A DNA stretch of 64,000 nucleotides from Acidimicrobiales bacterium (GCA_963422745.1 OY730477.1:2232880-2296879), one strand, 5' to 3'; counted from the stretch's first letter, positions 32,911-42,612 are shown. Program-made: numbers and translations. Notes: generated by a model not told the origin, from the sequence alone.

Positions 32911-34277
32911 CAGGTATCGGTTCTGGGCGCTTGGACCTCCGCCGGGATGATCGCATCGTCGGCGAGCAACTCGCGGCCCGGGTCGTCGGCGAGCAACTCG
33001 CTGGCCGGATCGTCGACGAGCAACTCGCGGCCCGGATCGAACGGGTTGCCCTCTTGCACCATCCGGCGCCACTCGATCAGTGAGATGTCGGGGCGGTAAA
33101 GCCGCTCGGGGGGCGCGTCGGTGGCCTCAACCATCCAGCCGTCCTGGTTCGAGAAGTTCCCGTGGAACAGCCAGCGAATTCCGCAGAGGTACTTGGCAAA
33201 GAACAACGCCCGAGCCGGCCCGGTCTTGAACTGCACCATCACCCCGACGTATCGGGTGCGACCCTGTTCGATCGGAACGTAGAACTCATAGTGGATGAAC
33301 TGCGGGTAAGCGATGCGCAAGACGCCGGGCATGCTCAAAGACGCGAAGCCGGGCAAGTCCTGGCCGACAATGTAGGGATCGTTCTTCTTCGACCCTCCGG
33401 TGTTGCCCAGCATCCGGCCCTGCTGCTGCTTCGGCTTGATCTTCCACCAGCGGGCGTTGCTCCAAGATCCGAGGCCCTCGAACTCAGCGTCCCAGTGCCG
33501 CTCGTCCTCGATGCGGTAGATCCATCGCCCGTGTCGTTCTATGTGGACGATGTTCCAAGTGGGCATCGTCTTGAAGATTCGCCAGTACGAGGTCCTATGA
33601 AGGTACTTGGCGTGGCCCTCATCAAAGCCGTTCTCGGCAAACAAGCGCCAGTCTCCGTCGCGGTCTTCGATCCGGCCGCCGACCGAGTAGCTGGGCGGGT
33701 CCTGGAGTTCTGCGGGAAGCTGATCGCGCAACAGATGGGGCTCCCGGTCGCCAACGAAGACCCAAACCAAGCCGATCGCCTCGTCGGTTGGGTACGTCCG
33801 GACACGCACCTTGTTGCACATCGGGGAGTCGGGGCCGTCGGTAATGACAGCCACCAACTCGCCGTCTGAGAGGTTGTAGGTCCAGGCGTGATAAGGGCAG
33901 GTCACGGTGCCTGGAAATTCTTCTGTGCCCATTGACAGTGGCACACCGCGGTGCAGGCAGCGATCATGCAAGCCATAGGCGGTGCCGTGCTGATCGCGCT
34001 GCAACATGATGTCTTCGCCGCAGACGCGCACCCCGAAGGGTTTGCGGCTGACTTGGGCGGACCAGCACACGGGATACCAGTAGTTGCGTAGCCCTTCAAC
34101 GGCCGCGTCGTAGGCGGGCCAGGTACCCCAGTCGGCTCGACCGGTTGAGGTAGAGGCTCCATCACCGCGTTTGCGGCGGGCCATCAGCGCGGCCGCCCGT
34201 TCGGCGGTGCTCGGAGCGTCCTCGATTCGTGGCGGAGTCGATTCGTTGACAGTCATGTCGTTACCCGGGCCGTTCAT
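32910..34277 (-). CDS. Rieske [2Fe-2S] oxygenase alpha-subunit-like protein with an acidic nonapeptide-repeat tail
   Basis: CLHRGVPLS...CPYHAWTY (Rieske) and ENGFDEGHAKYLH (mononuclear iron). The C-terminus is GRELLVDDPASELLADDPGRELLADDAIIPAEVQAPRTDT. Confidence 0.85.
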   Translation of the reverse strand: MNGPGNDMTVNESTPPRIEDAPSTAERAAALMARRKRGDGASTSTGRADWGTWPAYDAAVEGLRNYWYPVCWSAQVSRKPFGVRVCGEDIMLQRDQHGTAYGLHDRCLHRGVPLSMGTEEFPGTVTCPYHAWTYNLSDGELVAVITDGPDSPMCNKVRVRTYPTDEAIGLVWVFVGDREPHLLRDQLPAELQDPPSYSVGGRIEDRDGDWRLFAENGFDEGHAKYLHRTSYWRIFKTMPTWNIVHIERHGRWIYRIEDERHWDAEFEGLGSWSNARWWKIKPKQQQGRMLGNTGGSKKNDPYIVGQDLPGFASLSMPGVLRIAYPQFIHYEFYVPIEQGRTRYVGVMVQFKTGPARALFFAKYLCGIRWLFHGNFSNQDGWMVEATDAPPERLYRPDISLIEWRRMVQEGNPFDPGRELLVDDPASELLADDPGRELLADDAIIPAEVQAPRTDT

Positions 34278-34735
34278 CGTCTTGATGCGACCTCCACGAC
34301 CGCGTCAACGATCTTGTTGTAGCCGGTGCAGCGACACAGGTTGCCGCTCAACCCTTCGCGGATTGCCTGCTCGTCGGGTTCGATACCGTCACGAACGAGC
34401 TGTTCGGCGGCGACGATCATGCCCGGTGTGCAGAACCCGCATTGGGCCGCGCCGTGACGGACGAAGGCGTCTTGCAGGTCGCTCATCGTGTTGCCCCGAC
34501 CGGCGAGGCCTTCCACGGTGGTGATGTTGGCACCGTCGACCTGCGCTGCCAGTTGTAAACATGCGACGATGGTGCGGCCGTCAACTATCACCGTGCACGC
34601 ACCGCAGTCACCGGTGAGGCAACCCCACTTGGTGCCGGTCAGGCCCAGGTCGTCGCGCAGGACCTGCAGGACCGTGGCGGCGGGATCGATGTTGGGTCGG
34701 TAAGGATCGCCGTTGATCGTCACCTCGAGCCTCAT
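34274..34735 (-). CDS. [2Fe-2S]-binding small subunit of a xanthine dehydrogenase/CO dehydrogenase-family molybdenum hydroxylase
   Basis: [12 protein letters not shown]...[10 protein letters not shown]...NLCRCTGY. Confidence 0.9.
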   Translation of the reverse strand: MRLEVTINGDPYRPNIDPAATVLQVLRDDLGLTGTKWGCLTGDCGACTVIVDGRTIVACLQLAAQVDGANITTVEGLAGRGNTMSDLQDAFVRHGAAQCGFCTPGMIVAAEQLVRDGIEPDEQAIREGLSGNLCRCTGYNKIVDAVVEVASRR

Positions 34736-35697
34736 CGCGTGACCCCGCTGTCCACAAGCAGTTCAGGGTCGAATCCGTTGGGTGGCACTGCTCGGTTGGG
34801 CGGCCACGTGTTGGCGGCACGGGCTGTGCAGACGCGCAAAGCGCGGGCGGTCAGGACACCCACGACGTGGCGGCGATACTGCGCGGTTCCCCTGGCGTCG
34901 CTGATCGGTGACGCCGACCGCCGGGCTAGTGCGGCCGCCTCGTCGAGCACGTCGGCATCTAAAGTCTTGCCGACCACGATCGAATCCAGCCCTTCAACGA
35001 CCGTGGGCACCGGGTTCACCGCTGCGAGAGCGACCCGGACCGACGAGACGATCCCGTTGGTTTCGGGCTCGATCCTGACGCTCGCGGCGACACCAACACC
35101 GGCGAGGTCCATGGCCCAGCGCACGGTCTGGCGGATATAGCACGACCCGATCCCGTCACCTACGTGCGCGGTCACACCGGTTAGCAGTTCGCCCGGCTGC
35201 AGGCTGGTCTCGCCCGGTCCTGTAAAGAGTTGGGCCAACTCGATCGTTCGCCAGCCCGACGAAGAGACAATGGTTGCTTCGGCGTCGAACACCAATAGCG
35301 GTGGGGGCATCTCCGCTGAAGGTGTGGCGTGGCACAGGTTGCCGCCCAGGGTGGCCATGTTGCGAATCTGAATGCTGCCCAACACTCGGGCCGCTTCGAG
35401 GAGTGCGGGTGCCGAGACGGCCAGTTCTGTGCTGGTTTCGATCGTCCGGATGGTGGTAGTAGCCCCGATCCTCAGATGGTCGCCGTCGCGCTCAATCCCT
35501 GAGATGTCGAGATGTGAGATGTCGACCATGCAGTCGGTCGTGATTCGGCCCAGTCGCCGGTCGATTAAGAGGTCGGTGCCGCCAGCTACAGGCACAGCAC
35601 CGGGATTGTCTGCCAGGAACCGCACCGCCTCGCCTAGGTCGGCCGGGCGATGAAGGCGGGGGGTCCCGGTTGTGCGTGGTGCTGCCGCAGTGTTCAT
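34732..35697 (-). CDS. FAD-binding medium subunit of a molybdenum hydroxylase
   Basis: VPVAGGTDLLIDRRLG...ATLGGNLC. It overlaps its neighbours by 4 nt. Confidence 0.85.
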   Translation of the reverse strand: MNTAAAPRTTGTPRLHRPADLGEAVRFLADNPGAVPVAGGTDLLIDRRLGRITTDCMVDISHLDISGIERDGDHLRIGATTTIRTIETSTELAVSAPALLEAARVLGSIQIRNMATLGGNLCHATPSAEMPPPLLVFDAEATIVSSSGWRTIELAQLFTGPGETSLQPGELLTGVTAHVGDGIGSCYIRQTVRWAMDLAGVGVAASVRIEPETNGIVSSVRVALAAVNPVPTVVEGLDSIVVGKTLDADVLDEAAALARRSASPISDARGTAQYRRHVVGVLTARALRVCTARAANTWPPNRAVPPNGFDPELLVDSGVTR

Positions 35698-38036
35698 GAT
35701 GATGCTGCACCGCGGCGGTCGATCACCGTTGACCGCTCCTCGCGCTTGATCCAGTCAACGACCTTCCAGGGCCGCATCGGGTATTGCCGGGGACGGATGC
35801 CGATGGCGTCGGCCACGGCATTAGCGATGGCGGCTGGCGGGCAGATAATGCCACCTTCGCCGATTCCTTTGGCACCGTAGGGTCCCAGAGGGTCGATGGT
35901 CTCCACCAGGGTCACGTCAATTCGGGGCGCATCAACTGCGGTCGGCATGCCGTAGTCGTGGAGGTTCGGAGCCAAGAAGCGTCCATCTGTTACCGGGAGT
36001 TCCTCAGACAGGGCCAGGCCGATTCCCATGACGGCACCGCCTTCGATCTGACCTTCGCAACTCATCGGGTTGATAGCCCGGCCGACGTCGTGGGCGGCCC
36101 ATAGGTTGATTAGCTGGATCATGCCGGTCTCGGGGTCCACCTCAACCTCTGCCACGTGGGCCCCGAAGCCGTAAGTGGCGGAAATGTTGCCGATGTAGCC
36201 CTCATCTTGTTTTTCAGTCGGCGGGTCGTAGAAGGCTGTTGACATAACGATTGAGGAATGCTCGCGCAGCAAACTGCGTCGAATTGCCTTGGTGTAGGGC
36301 ATGGCGGTGTCACGATCGCCGTCGTGGATGATCATGCCATCGCGGAGGTCCAGTTTGGTGACCGGAACGTCCAACACCTCCGCCGCTGCTGCCAACAGCT
36401 TGGTCCGAGCCCCCCGGGCCGCAAGACGGGCGGCGTTGCCTGCGACGAACGTGGTGCGGCTGGCGTGGACGCCGACGTCCCATGGCTTCACGTCGGTGTC
36501 GTTGTGGGTGACGCTCACCACATCAACCCCGACACCGAGTTCTTCAGCCACGATCATGGCCAGTACCGTTTCAGATCCCTGTCCGAGTTCCGAGGAGCCC
36601 GATATGAGGGCAACCTGTCCGGAATCGTCGATCTTGATCATCGCTCCACAACCGTCGGAGCCGTAGATGCGGGCACCACCGCCGACGTGAATGTAGGTAG
36701 CGGCGCCCATCCCGCGAAACCTGCCCCGCTGCTTACCACGGCGCCGATTCCAGCCCGATTTATCACGGACCGCTTCGATGCAGTCGCTGAGGCCACAGGT
36801 GGTGATCTTGAGTCCCTGGGTGGTGGTCTCGTTCGCCTTGTTGGCGTTTTGCAGTCGGAACTGCATCGGATCAATGCCCAGGGCGTCGGCTAGCTCCTCG
36901 GTTTGTTGTTCGACAGCAAAGGTGGCCTGCGGATTGCCGAAACCCCGGACGGACCCGCCGTAGTTCTTGTTGGTGTAGACAACAGCACACGACATTCGTG
37001 ATGCGGGGATCTTGTACAGCGATGTGACGGTGTTCATCGCCACGAGCATGGCGTGTGAACCCCAAGCGTTGTAGGCGCCGTTATCGGAAACAACTTCGGC
37101 GTCGCGGAAGGTGATCATGCCGTCGGCGTCGGCACCGGTTCGGAGCTTGAAATGGATCGGCTGACGGGTGCGAGAACCGACGAATTCCTCCTCGCGGGTC
37201 ATCACCAACTTGACTGGTCGCTGCGCAGCCCTGGCCAACATAACGGTGATGAAGTCGTGGGTGTCGATGTCGATCTTGCCTCCGAAGCTGCCCCCCACCG
37301 GAGGCTGTTGGACGGTGATGCGCTGCCAGTCGAGACCTAGGCAGTCGGCCAGTGCCTTGCGGTACATGAACACCATGTGAACCGGTGAGATCACCCTCAG
37401 GTGACCGGTCGGGTCGAAATCCGCGATCACCGCATGGGTCTCAATTGGTGCCGGTGCGGCCTGCGGGCTGGAGTAGCGACCCTCGACGATCACTGCGCTG
37501 CGAGCCTCAGCCGCCGCCAAGTCTCCGGTTTCAAAGTCCCAACGCATCGCGATGTTGCCATCGATGTCGAGTTCGTCGTGGATGGTGGGTGCATCCGCGG
37601 ACATGGCAGCGAACGGATCGTCAACCTCGGGCAGCAGATCATAGGTCACGTCGATCAGCTCAATCGCCAGCTTGGCGACTTCGTCGTCGACCGCAGCCAC
37701 GGCCGCGACCTCGTCGCCGATACATCTGACCTTCGATCTCTTCAACGGTTCGTTGTCGTTGCCGTAACCGAACGGTCGCTGATCCGCGTTACCTGCGTGG
37801 ATCACGGCGTGGACTCCGGGTAGCGCCTCGGCTTCGGTGGTGTCGATCGAGACGATCCGGGCGTGGGCATGAGGACTGCGCTTAATGGCAGCTGTTAGCA
37901 CGCCCGCTATGCGCATGTCGTCGATGTATACGGTGGAACCGGTGACCTTCTCCGCGGCGTCGAGTTTCGGGATTCGCCTGCCGACAACGCGATTACGGTC
38001 GCTTTCGCCTTGGCGTGTGTTCTCGGTGACACTCAC
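35694..38036 (-). CDS. molybdopterin-binding large subunit of a molybdenum hydroxylase (aldehyde oxidase/xanthine dehydrogenase family)
   Basis: 780 aa. VGGSFGGK and the C-terminus AKGIGEGGI. No CO-dehydrogenase VAYRCSFR loop was seen. Confidence 0.9.
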   Translation of the reverse strand: MSVTENTRQGESDRNRVVGRRIPKLDAAEKVTGSTVYIDDMRIAGVLTAAIKRSPHAHARIVSIDTTEAEALPGVHAVIHAGNADQRPFGYGNDNEPLKRSKVRCIGDEVAAVAAVDDEVAKLAIELIDVTYDLLPEVDDPFAAMSADAPTIHDELDIDGNIAMRWDFETGDLAAAEARSAVIVEGRYSSPQAAPAPIETHAVIADFDPTGHLRVISPVHMVFMYRKALADCLGLDWQRITVQQPPVGGSFGGKIDIDTHDFITVMLARAAQRPVKLVMTREEEFVGSRTRQPIHFKLRTGADADGMITFRDAEVVSDNGAYNAWGSHAMLVAMNTVTSLYKIPASRMSCAVVYTNKNYGGSVRGFGNPQATFAVEQQTEELADALGIDPMQFRLQNANKANETTTQGLKITTCGLSDCIEAVRDKSGWNRRRGKQRGRFRGMGAATYIHVGGGARIYGSDGCGAMIKIDDSGQVALISGSSELGQGSETVLAMIVAEELGVGVDVVSVTHNDTDVKPWDVGVHASRTTFVAGNAARLAARGARTKLLAAAAEVLDVPVTKLDLRDGMIIHDGDRDTAMPYTKAIRRSLLREHSSIVMSTAFYDPPTEKQDEGYIGNISATYGFGAHVAEVEVDPETGMIQLINLWAAHDVGRAINPMSCEGQIEGGAVMGIGLALSEELPVTDGRFLAPNLHDYGMPTAVDAPRIDVTLVETIDPLGPYGAKGIGEGGIICPPAAIANAVADAIGIRPRQYPMRPWKVVDWIKREERSTVIDRRGAASS

Positions 38037-38116
38037 GCGAGACTTAATCCTGCCATGGGAGTATTATATGTCGAATTTTTCACGGATACCAGGGCTTTCG
38101 TGATACCGTCGATATA

Positions 38117-39523
38117 GTGGCCGACCGAGCCAGAACCAACCAAGCCAGAACTGACCAAGCCAGACTGGACAAGTTGTTCTGTCCCGCATCTGTGGCGGTT
38201 TACGGTGCATCGACCAAGGACTCCACCAAGCTCGGCAACGCGCTGCTCCGTAACGCCATCGGTAGCGACCCGGACGAAATCATTGCTGTTGGGCCTAACC
38301 CTGGCACCGCCGAAGGCCTCACGGTCGTTTCGTCGCTTGATCACCCCGTTGATCTGGCACTTATCTCGGTTCCAGCCCACGCAGTCGAAAACGCGGTTGA
38401 CGACGCAGCGGGCGCTGGCGCTGGGTGTGCGGTGATCCTTACATCGGGATTCGGTGAGACCGGCTCGGCAGGCAAGGCCGCCGAACGCCGGATCGTGCGA
38501 CGAGCGGCCCGGACGGGCATGCGTTTGCAGGGACCGAACTGCATGGGAGTGCTCAGCCACCTCGGCGGGACCCGATGGCTCAACGGTTCTTACTTCTGGG
38601 ACATCTCCGTGCAAGCAGGTCCGATCAGTCTCATCAGCCAGTCCGGAGCGTTCGGAGGGATGTTCCTTTCTGAGATCGCGGAGCGCGGTCTGGGGCTGCG
38701 GCGTTTCGCAAGCCTCGGCAACGCCGCAGATCTCAATGAGACAGAGATACTCGAATGGCTAAAAGGAGATCCCGAGACTGCTGTGATCGGACTGTTCGCC
38801 GAGGCCATCGCAGGCGGACGACGCTTCGTCGAGGTCGTGCGCACGATCACCGTGGATCGGCCAGTGGTCGTGTTGAAGTCGGGCCGCAGCGCAGCAGGCA
38901 TCAGGGCGGCGGCCGCTCACACCGGATCAATCGCCGGGGCGCACGGTGCCGTGAGCGCTGCGCTGCGCCGCGCTGGGGCCGTTGAGACCACTACTTCCGA
39001 CGAGTTCTTCGACGCCTTGACCGTGTTTGCGTCCACCCAGTCGCGCCCACACGGCCAGCGGATCGCGGTCCTCACCGTCTCGGGGGGTCCGGCCGTGCTC
39101 GCCGCTGATGAAGCCGAACGGCTCGGTTTCGAGCTGCGGCCACTTACCGACGAAACCGTCGCCCGGTTAGGGGCTGTCACCCCCGGGTTCGCTGCAACCG
39201 CGAACCCGGTTGATCTCACACCGCAGTGCGCGCCCGACTCCTTCGGCCCCGCCGTCGCTGCGGTATTCGAGGATCCCGGCATCGACGCGGTCGTTGTCAT
39301 CAACTGCGGCCTTGATGTGGAACCCTTCGGCCGAGCCGTCGCCACCTCAGCCAGGCTGACCGCCAAGCCATGTGTCGGTTTCGTCAGCGACGCCCCGGGA
39401 GTGGCCGGGGCGCTCTCAGATGCGGGTATCGCCCTGTTTGGCTCACCCGAACGTGCTGTATCGGGCTTGAAATCGCTGACACGGGCGCGGCCGAAGACGG
39501 TGGCGGCGAGGCCGAGCCGATGA
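38117..39523 (+). CDS. ADP-forming acyl-CoA synthetase, CoA-binding/ligase-CoA subunit
   Basis: LFCPASVAVYGASTKDSTKLGN...NCMGV...SQSGA is the succinyl-CoA-synthetase-alpha-like pattern. Confidence 0.7.
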   Translation: MADRARTNQARTDQARLDKLFCPASVAVYGASTKDSTKLGNALLRNAIGSDPDEIIAVGPNPGTAEGLTVVSSLDHPVDLALISVPAHAVENAVDDAAGAGAGCAVILTSGFGETGSAGKAAERRIVRRAARTGMRLQGPNCMGVLSHLGGTRWLNGSYFWDISVQAGPISLISQSGAFGGMFLSEIAERGLGLRRFASLGNAADLNETEILEWLKGDPETAVIGLFAEAIAGGRRFVEVVRTITVDRPVVVLKSGRSAAGIRAAAAHTGSIAGAHGAVSAALRRAGAVETTTSDEFFDALTVFASTQSRPHGQRIAVLTVSGGPAVLAADEAERLGFELRPLTDETVARLGAVTPGFAATANPVDLTPQCAPDSFGPAVAAVFEDPGIDAVVVINCGLDVEPFGRAVATSARLTAKPCVGFVSDAPGVAGALSDAGIALFGSPERAVSGLKSLTRARPKTVAARPSR

Positions 39524-40134
39524 TCGAGCTGAGCGAATGGGAATCGAAACAGCGTCTCGGCCCCGCCATGAGGACTCCGCGTCAGGTGCTCACATCAAGC
39601 CTTGATGAGGCGATCGTCGTCTGCACCGAACTCGGAGGGCGGGTCGTCCTCAAGGCCTCGGGCGTAGCGCACAAGTCCGAACTCGGTCTGGTTCGAGTCG
39701 GCCTCAACTCCGACGGGGTCAAGGAGGCCTGGCAGGAACTCGCCGACGCTGGCGATGCAACGGTGCTGTGCTCAGAGGTCGTGTCGGGCGAACTCGAACT
39801 CATCGTCGGCGGCTTCCGCGATCCACATTTTGGCCCGGTCGTGTCGATCGGGATCGGCGGCGTAGCCGCTGAAGTCTTCGGCGATGTCGCGTCGATCCTG
39901 GCACCGCCGGAGCCCGGCGAGCTGGCAGAGGCTCTGGGCACACTTCGCGCCGCGGCGTTGCTGCACGGCCACCGAGGCGCGCCGCCGGTCGACCTTGATG
40001 CCCTCGAGAAGGTCGTTTCGCTGGTATCGAATCTACTCGAGACGGACCCGGCGGTGATCGAGATCGACTGCAACCCGGTGCTCATAGCCGACGGTCAACC
40101 TGTCGTTGTTGACGCACTCGTGGTACTCGAGTGA
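39520..40134 (+). CDS. ATP-grasp subunit of the ADP-forming acyl-CoA synthetase
   Basis: MIELSEWESKQRL...VVLKASGVAHKSELGLVRVGL. The ATGA overlap with the upstream stop fixes the start at 39520. Confidence 0.65.
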   Translation: MIELSEWESKQRLGPAMRTPRQVLTSSLDEAIVVCTELGGRVVLKASGVAHKSELGLVRVGLNSDGVKEAWQELADAGDATVLCSEVVSGELELIVGGFRDPHFGPVVSIGIGGVAAEVFGDVASILAPPEPGELAEALGTLRAAALLHGHRGAPPVDLDALEKVVSLVSNLLETDPAVIEIDCNPVLIADGQPVVVDALVVLE

Positions 40135-41036
40135 GCATCGAGACCTCAAAGGACCCTGAGTCGTCTGACGCCGAGTTGTCTGACAAGGACCCCGATTCAC
40201 CTGGTTTGGCAACGACCAGAAGGGGTCGATCGTCGTCGCTGATCCTTGACCTTTTCGGGCTCTACATCCGTCGATTCGATAGCTGGATCGCGGTTGGGGG
40301 ACTTGTCAGGTTGATGAGCGATCTCGGCATCGACGAAGGGGCTACCAGATCAGCGTTGTCGCGCATGGTTCGCAAGGGACTGCTCGAACAACGACGACGC
40401 GGATCCGTCAAGGGTTACGCCGTTGCGCCCCGAGCCGAGCCGGGCATGCAGCGAGCCGATCGGCGTATCCTCAACCCGCTCGAACCGGCCGACATCTCCG
40501 ACGGATGGACCATCATTACGGCCACGATCCCTGAGAGCCGACGCAACGTACGAGACCGGCTGAGAGAGCAGCTGCGACGCCACGGTTGCGGGAGGCTGGG
40601 CAACGCCATCTGGCTGGCACCGCGCCGCGCCACCGACGACCTCTGGGCGCTGCTACGAGAATTCGAACTCGACCGGATCGTGACCATGTTCAGCGGTACC
40701 TACCTCGGTGCTGCACAACCCCATGAGATGGTAAAATCCGCCTGGGATCTTGACGCGTTGGCGGATCTATACCGCCGATTCCTCACCGACTGCGACGAAG
40801 TACTCACCACATGGCCCGCGCCGCCGATCGGCCCCAACACCCGTGCGTTCACCGACTACACCGACGTGGTCCACGCCTGGCGGAAGTTCCCCTACCTCGA
40901 CCCGGGCCTACCGCGCAGTTATCTCCCCGATCCCTGGGGTGGCGATCTTGCCGTCAAAGCATTCTTGACGCTGCGCGAGCTGCTCGGTGAATCCGCACTC
41001 GCCCACGTCAAAGCCACGATTGAATCGACCTCATGA
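40131..41036 (+). CDS. PaaX family transcriptional regulator
   Basis: GATRSALSRMVRKGLLEQRR...WTIITATIPESRRNVRDRLREQLRRHGCGRLGNAIWLAP. Confidence 0.7.
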   Translation: MSIETSKDPESSDAELSDKDPDSPGLATTRRGRSSSLILDLFGLYIRRFDSWIAVGGLVRLMSDLGIDEGATRSALSRMVRKGLLEQRRRGSVKGYAVAPRAEPGMQRADRRILNPLEPADISDGWTIITATIPESRRNVRDRLREQLRRHGCGRLGNAIWLAPRRATDDLWALLREFELDRIVTMFSGTYLGAAQPHEMVKSAWDLDALADLYRRFLTDCDEVLTTWPAPPIGPNTRAFTDYTDVVHAWRKFPYLDPGLPRSYLPDPWGGDLAVKAFLTLRELLGESALAHVKATIESTS

Positions 41037-41320
41037 ACTCAGCGGAGCCGCAGCCGCCGACAACGGTTCTAGTCGATCGGCTGCTGGACGGAACCGATCA
41101 GCCACCCCGGCGATCGATGGCCATCGACTGCTCCGGCGGGCGAATCGATGCGGTCCGGGCAGCGGCGGCTCTGGGGCTCACAGACGATGTTGGAACCTTG
41201 ACCGCCGGATCAGCAGCCGACATTGTTGTCGTCGCTGGTGACGCGACACGCAACGTCGCCGCTTTGCAGCGCCCAACGATGATCATGCGGGCCGGGCGGA
41301 TGATCCGCTCTTGTCGATGA
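41033..41320 (+). pseudogene. amidohydrolase remnant (N- and C-terminal beta-sandwich pieces only, TIM barrel missing)
   Basis: VLVDRLLDGT...GGRIDAV joined directly to LGLTDDVGTLTAGSAADIVVVAGD...MRAGRMI. Only 95 aa. Confidence 0.4.
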
Positions 41321-42524
41321 GGTACAAGGTCTCACCAGCACGATCGACGATGAGGGCCCCCTCACGGCGCCACTTTTCGACGTCGATCGAGTCGGGGTCT
41401 CGGTAGCCGAGAGCCAAGGCACGACACGTGGCTTCGGGGATGCCGGTGGCCAACGTCACGTTGATGCGGGGGCGTTCGACGCCGTCGATGAAGGTCCCCG
41501 TTCCCCGAAGGTGGGTGGAGTGCGCCAGTACGCCCCATGCGATGTGTTGGAAGCGATCCCACTGGGCGGTGAAATAGTCGCGGACGTGATAGCCGATCCG
41601 GGAGATCAGCTCGCCGTGTGTCGCGCTCACCTGATGCAGGTGCGGTGCGACGATGACCAGTTCGCCGCCGTCGGCCACGACAGGATCGAGTTTGTACATC
41701 CCCTTCGCCCCGACCCACAGCTCGTCGTACATCGCCGGAAGTATTGCCAGTACCCGGTCGACGGGATCCGTTAGTCGTCGAACATGGGCAACCCTCGATG
41801 CCTTGGCGGCTTGATCAAAGGATGCCTCAATGTCCCCGGAGAAGACCTGAATGCGGCTTTCGGCGTCGATCACCAGGCTCACCGCATGCCGGGGTCGGGG
41901 AATCATGCAGGCGGCACGATTGATCAATCGTCGAACTGGGGTGTCGGCCTTGCCTATCACCGCACTCGAGGTGATCAGAGCACCCAGCCAGTGGGTGACG
42001 TCGATCACTTCCTGGGCGGCAACCCCCGGGACGAAGTATTTGTTCCCGCCGGAGAAGCCCGCGACCTCATGGGGGAACACCGGGCCGCAGACCACCAAGT
42101 GGTCATAATCGAGCAACCTGCGGTTCAAGCGGACCGTGACGTCGAGCGACAGGCGTCCCTCGCTCAGTTCGGCCACTTCGGTCGCTGGGATCGAACCGAA
42201 ATCTGCCAGTTCGTTCGGCTCCCACCAGCGATGGTTGAGGATGCGCACTGATTCGCCGACACCGCGGGATCGCTTCGAGCGATCAAAGAGCCGGTCGATG
42301 TCGGCTCGGCTCAGCTCCTGGTGAGTTCCGAGCGCGATCATCACATCGACCGTCGCGACCCGCGGGGCGATCGTGGAAGCGACGGCGTTCAGAACCGTCG
42401 GATGCGGGAAGGTGCGCGTCCCGTCGGGTACCATGACCAAGACCCGGCCTTGGACCGGCAAGGAGGCGAAAGCATCGAAGATGGCGGCTCGATCCGCCGC
42501 AGTTGGCACGACCGACGCGCTCAT
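41283..42524 (-). CDS. LarA-like (lactate racemase N-terminal domain / DUF2088) protein
   Basis: MVPDGTRTFP...FPHEVAGFSGGNKYFVPGV resembles the LarA HxxAGFSGGRK segment. Confidence 0.55.
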   Translation of the reverse strand: MSASVVPTAADRAAIFDAFASLPVQGRVLVMVPDGTRTFPHPTVLNAVASTIAPRVATVDVMIALGTHQELSRADIDRLFDRSKRSRGVGESVRILNHRWWEPNELADFGSIPATEVAELSEGRLSLDVTVRLNRRLLDYDHLVVCGPVFPHEVAGFSGGNKYFVPGVAAQEVIDVTHWLGALITSSAVIGKADTPVRRLINRAACMIPRPRHAVSLVIDAESRIQVFSGDIEASFDQAAKASRVAHVRRLTDPVDRVLAILPAMYDELWVGAKGMYKLDPVVADGGELVIVAPHLHQVSATHGELISRIGYHVRDYFTAQWDRFQHIAWGVLAHSTHLRGTGTFIDGVERPRINVTLATGIPEATCRALALGYRDPDSIDVEKWRREGALIVDRAGETLYLIDKSGSSARPA

Positions 42525-42528
42525 CTGC

Positions 42529-42612
42529 TCATCCTGCCACCTCGGCTGATCATCCCGTCACCTCGGCTGATCATCCTGCTACCTCGGCTGCTCACCCCGC
42601 CACCTCGGCCAG
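42529..42612 (-). repeat. 21-bp tandem repeat x4. Each unit encodes (A/S)AEV(A/T)G followed by TGA and contains ATGA.
   Basis: tcatcctgccacctcggctga / tcatcccgtcacctcggctga / tcatcctgctacctcggctgc / tcaccccgccacctcggccag. The last unit is the real 3' end of the aminotransferase gene. Confidence 0.85.

Noticed and set aside
32145-33099. Track ORFs 32145..32867(-), 32396..32950(+), 32632..33099(+) and the long form 32650..33072(-), which encode repetitive PTTGA / ANNSRPRSS / VVGQQL peptides
   Set aside because: They are alternative-frame or antisense readings of the 27-bp repeat. They also overlap the well-supported hydrolase and Rieske genes.
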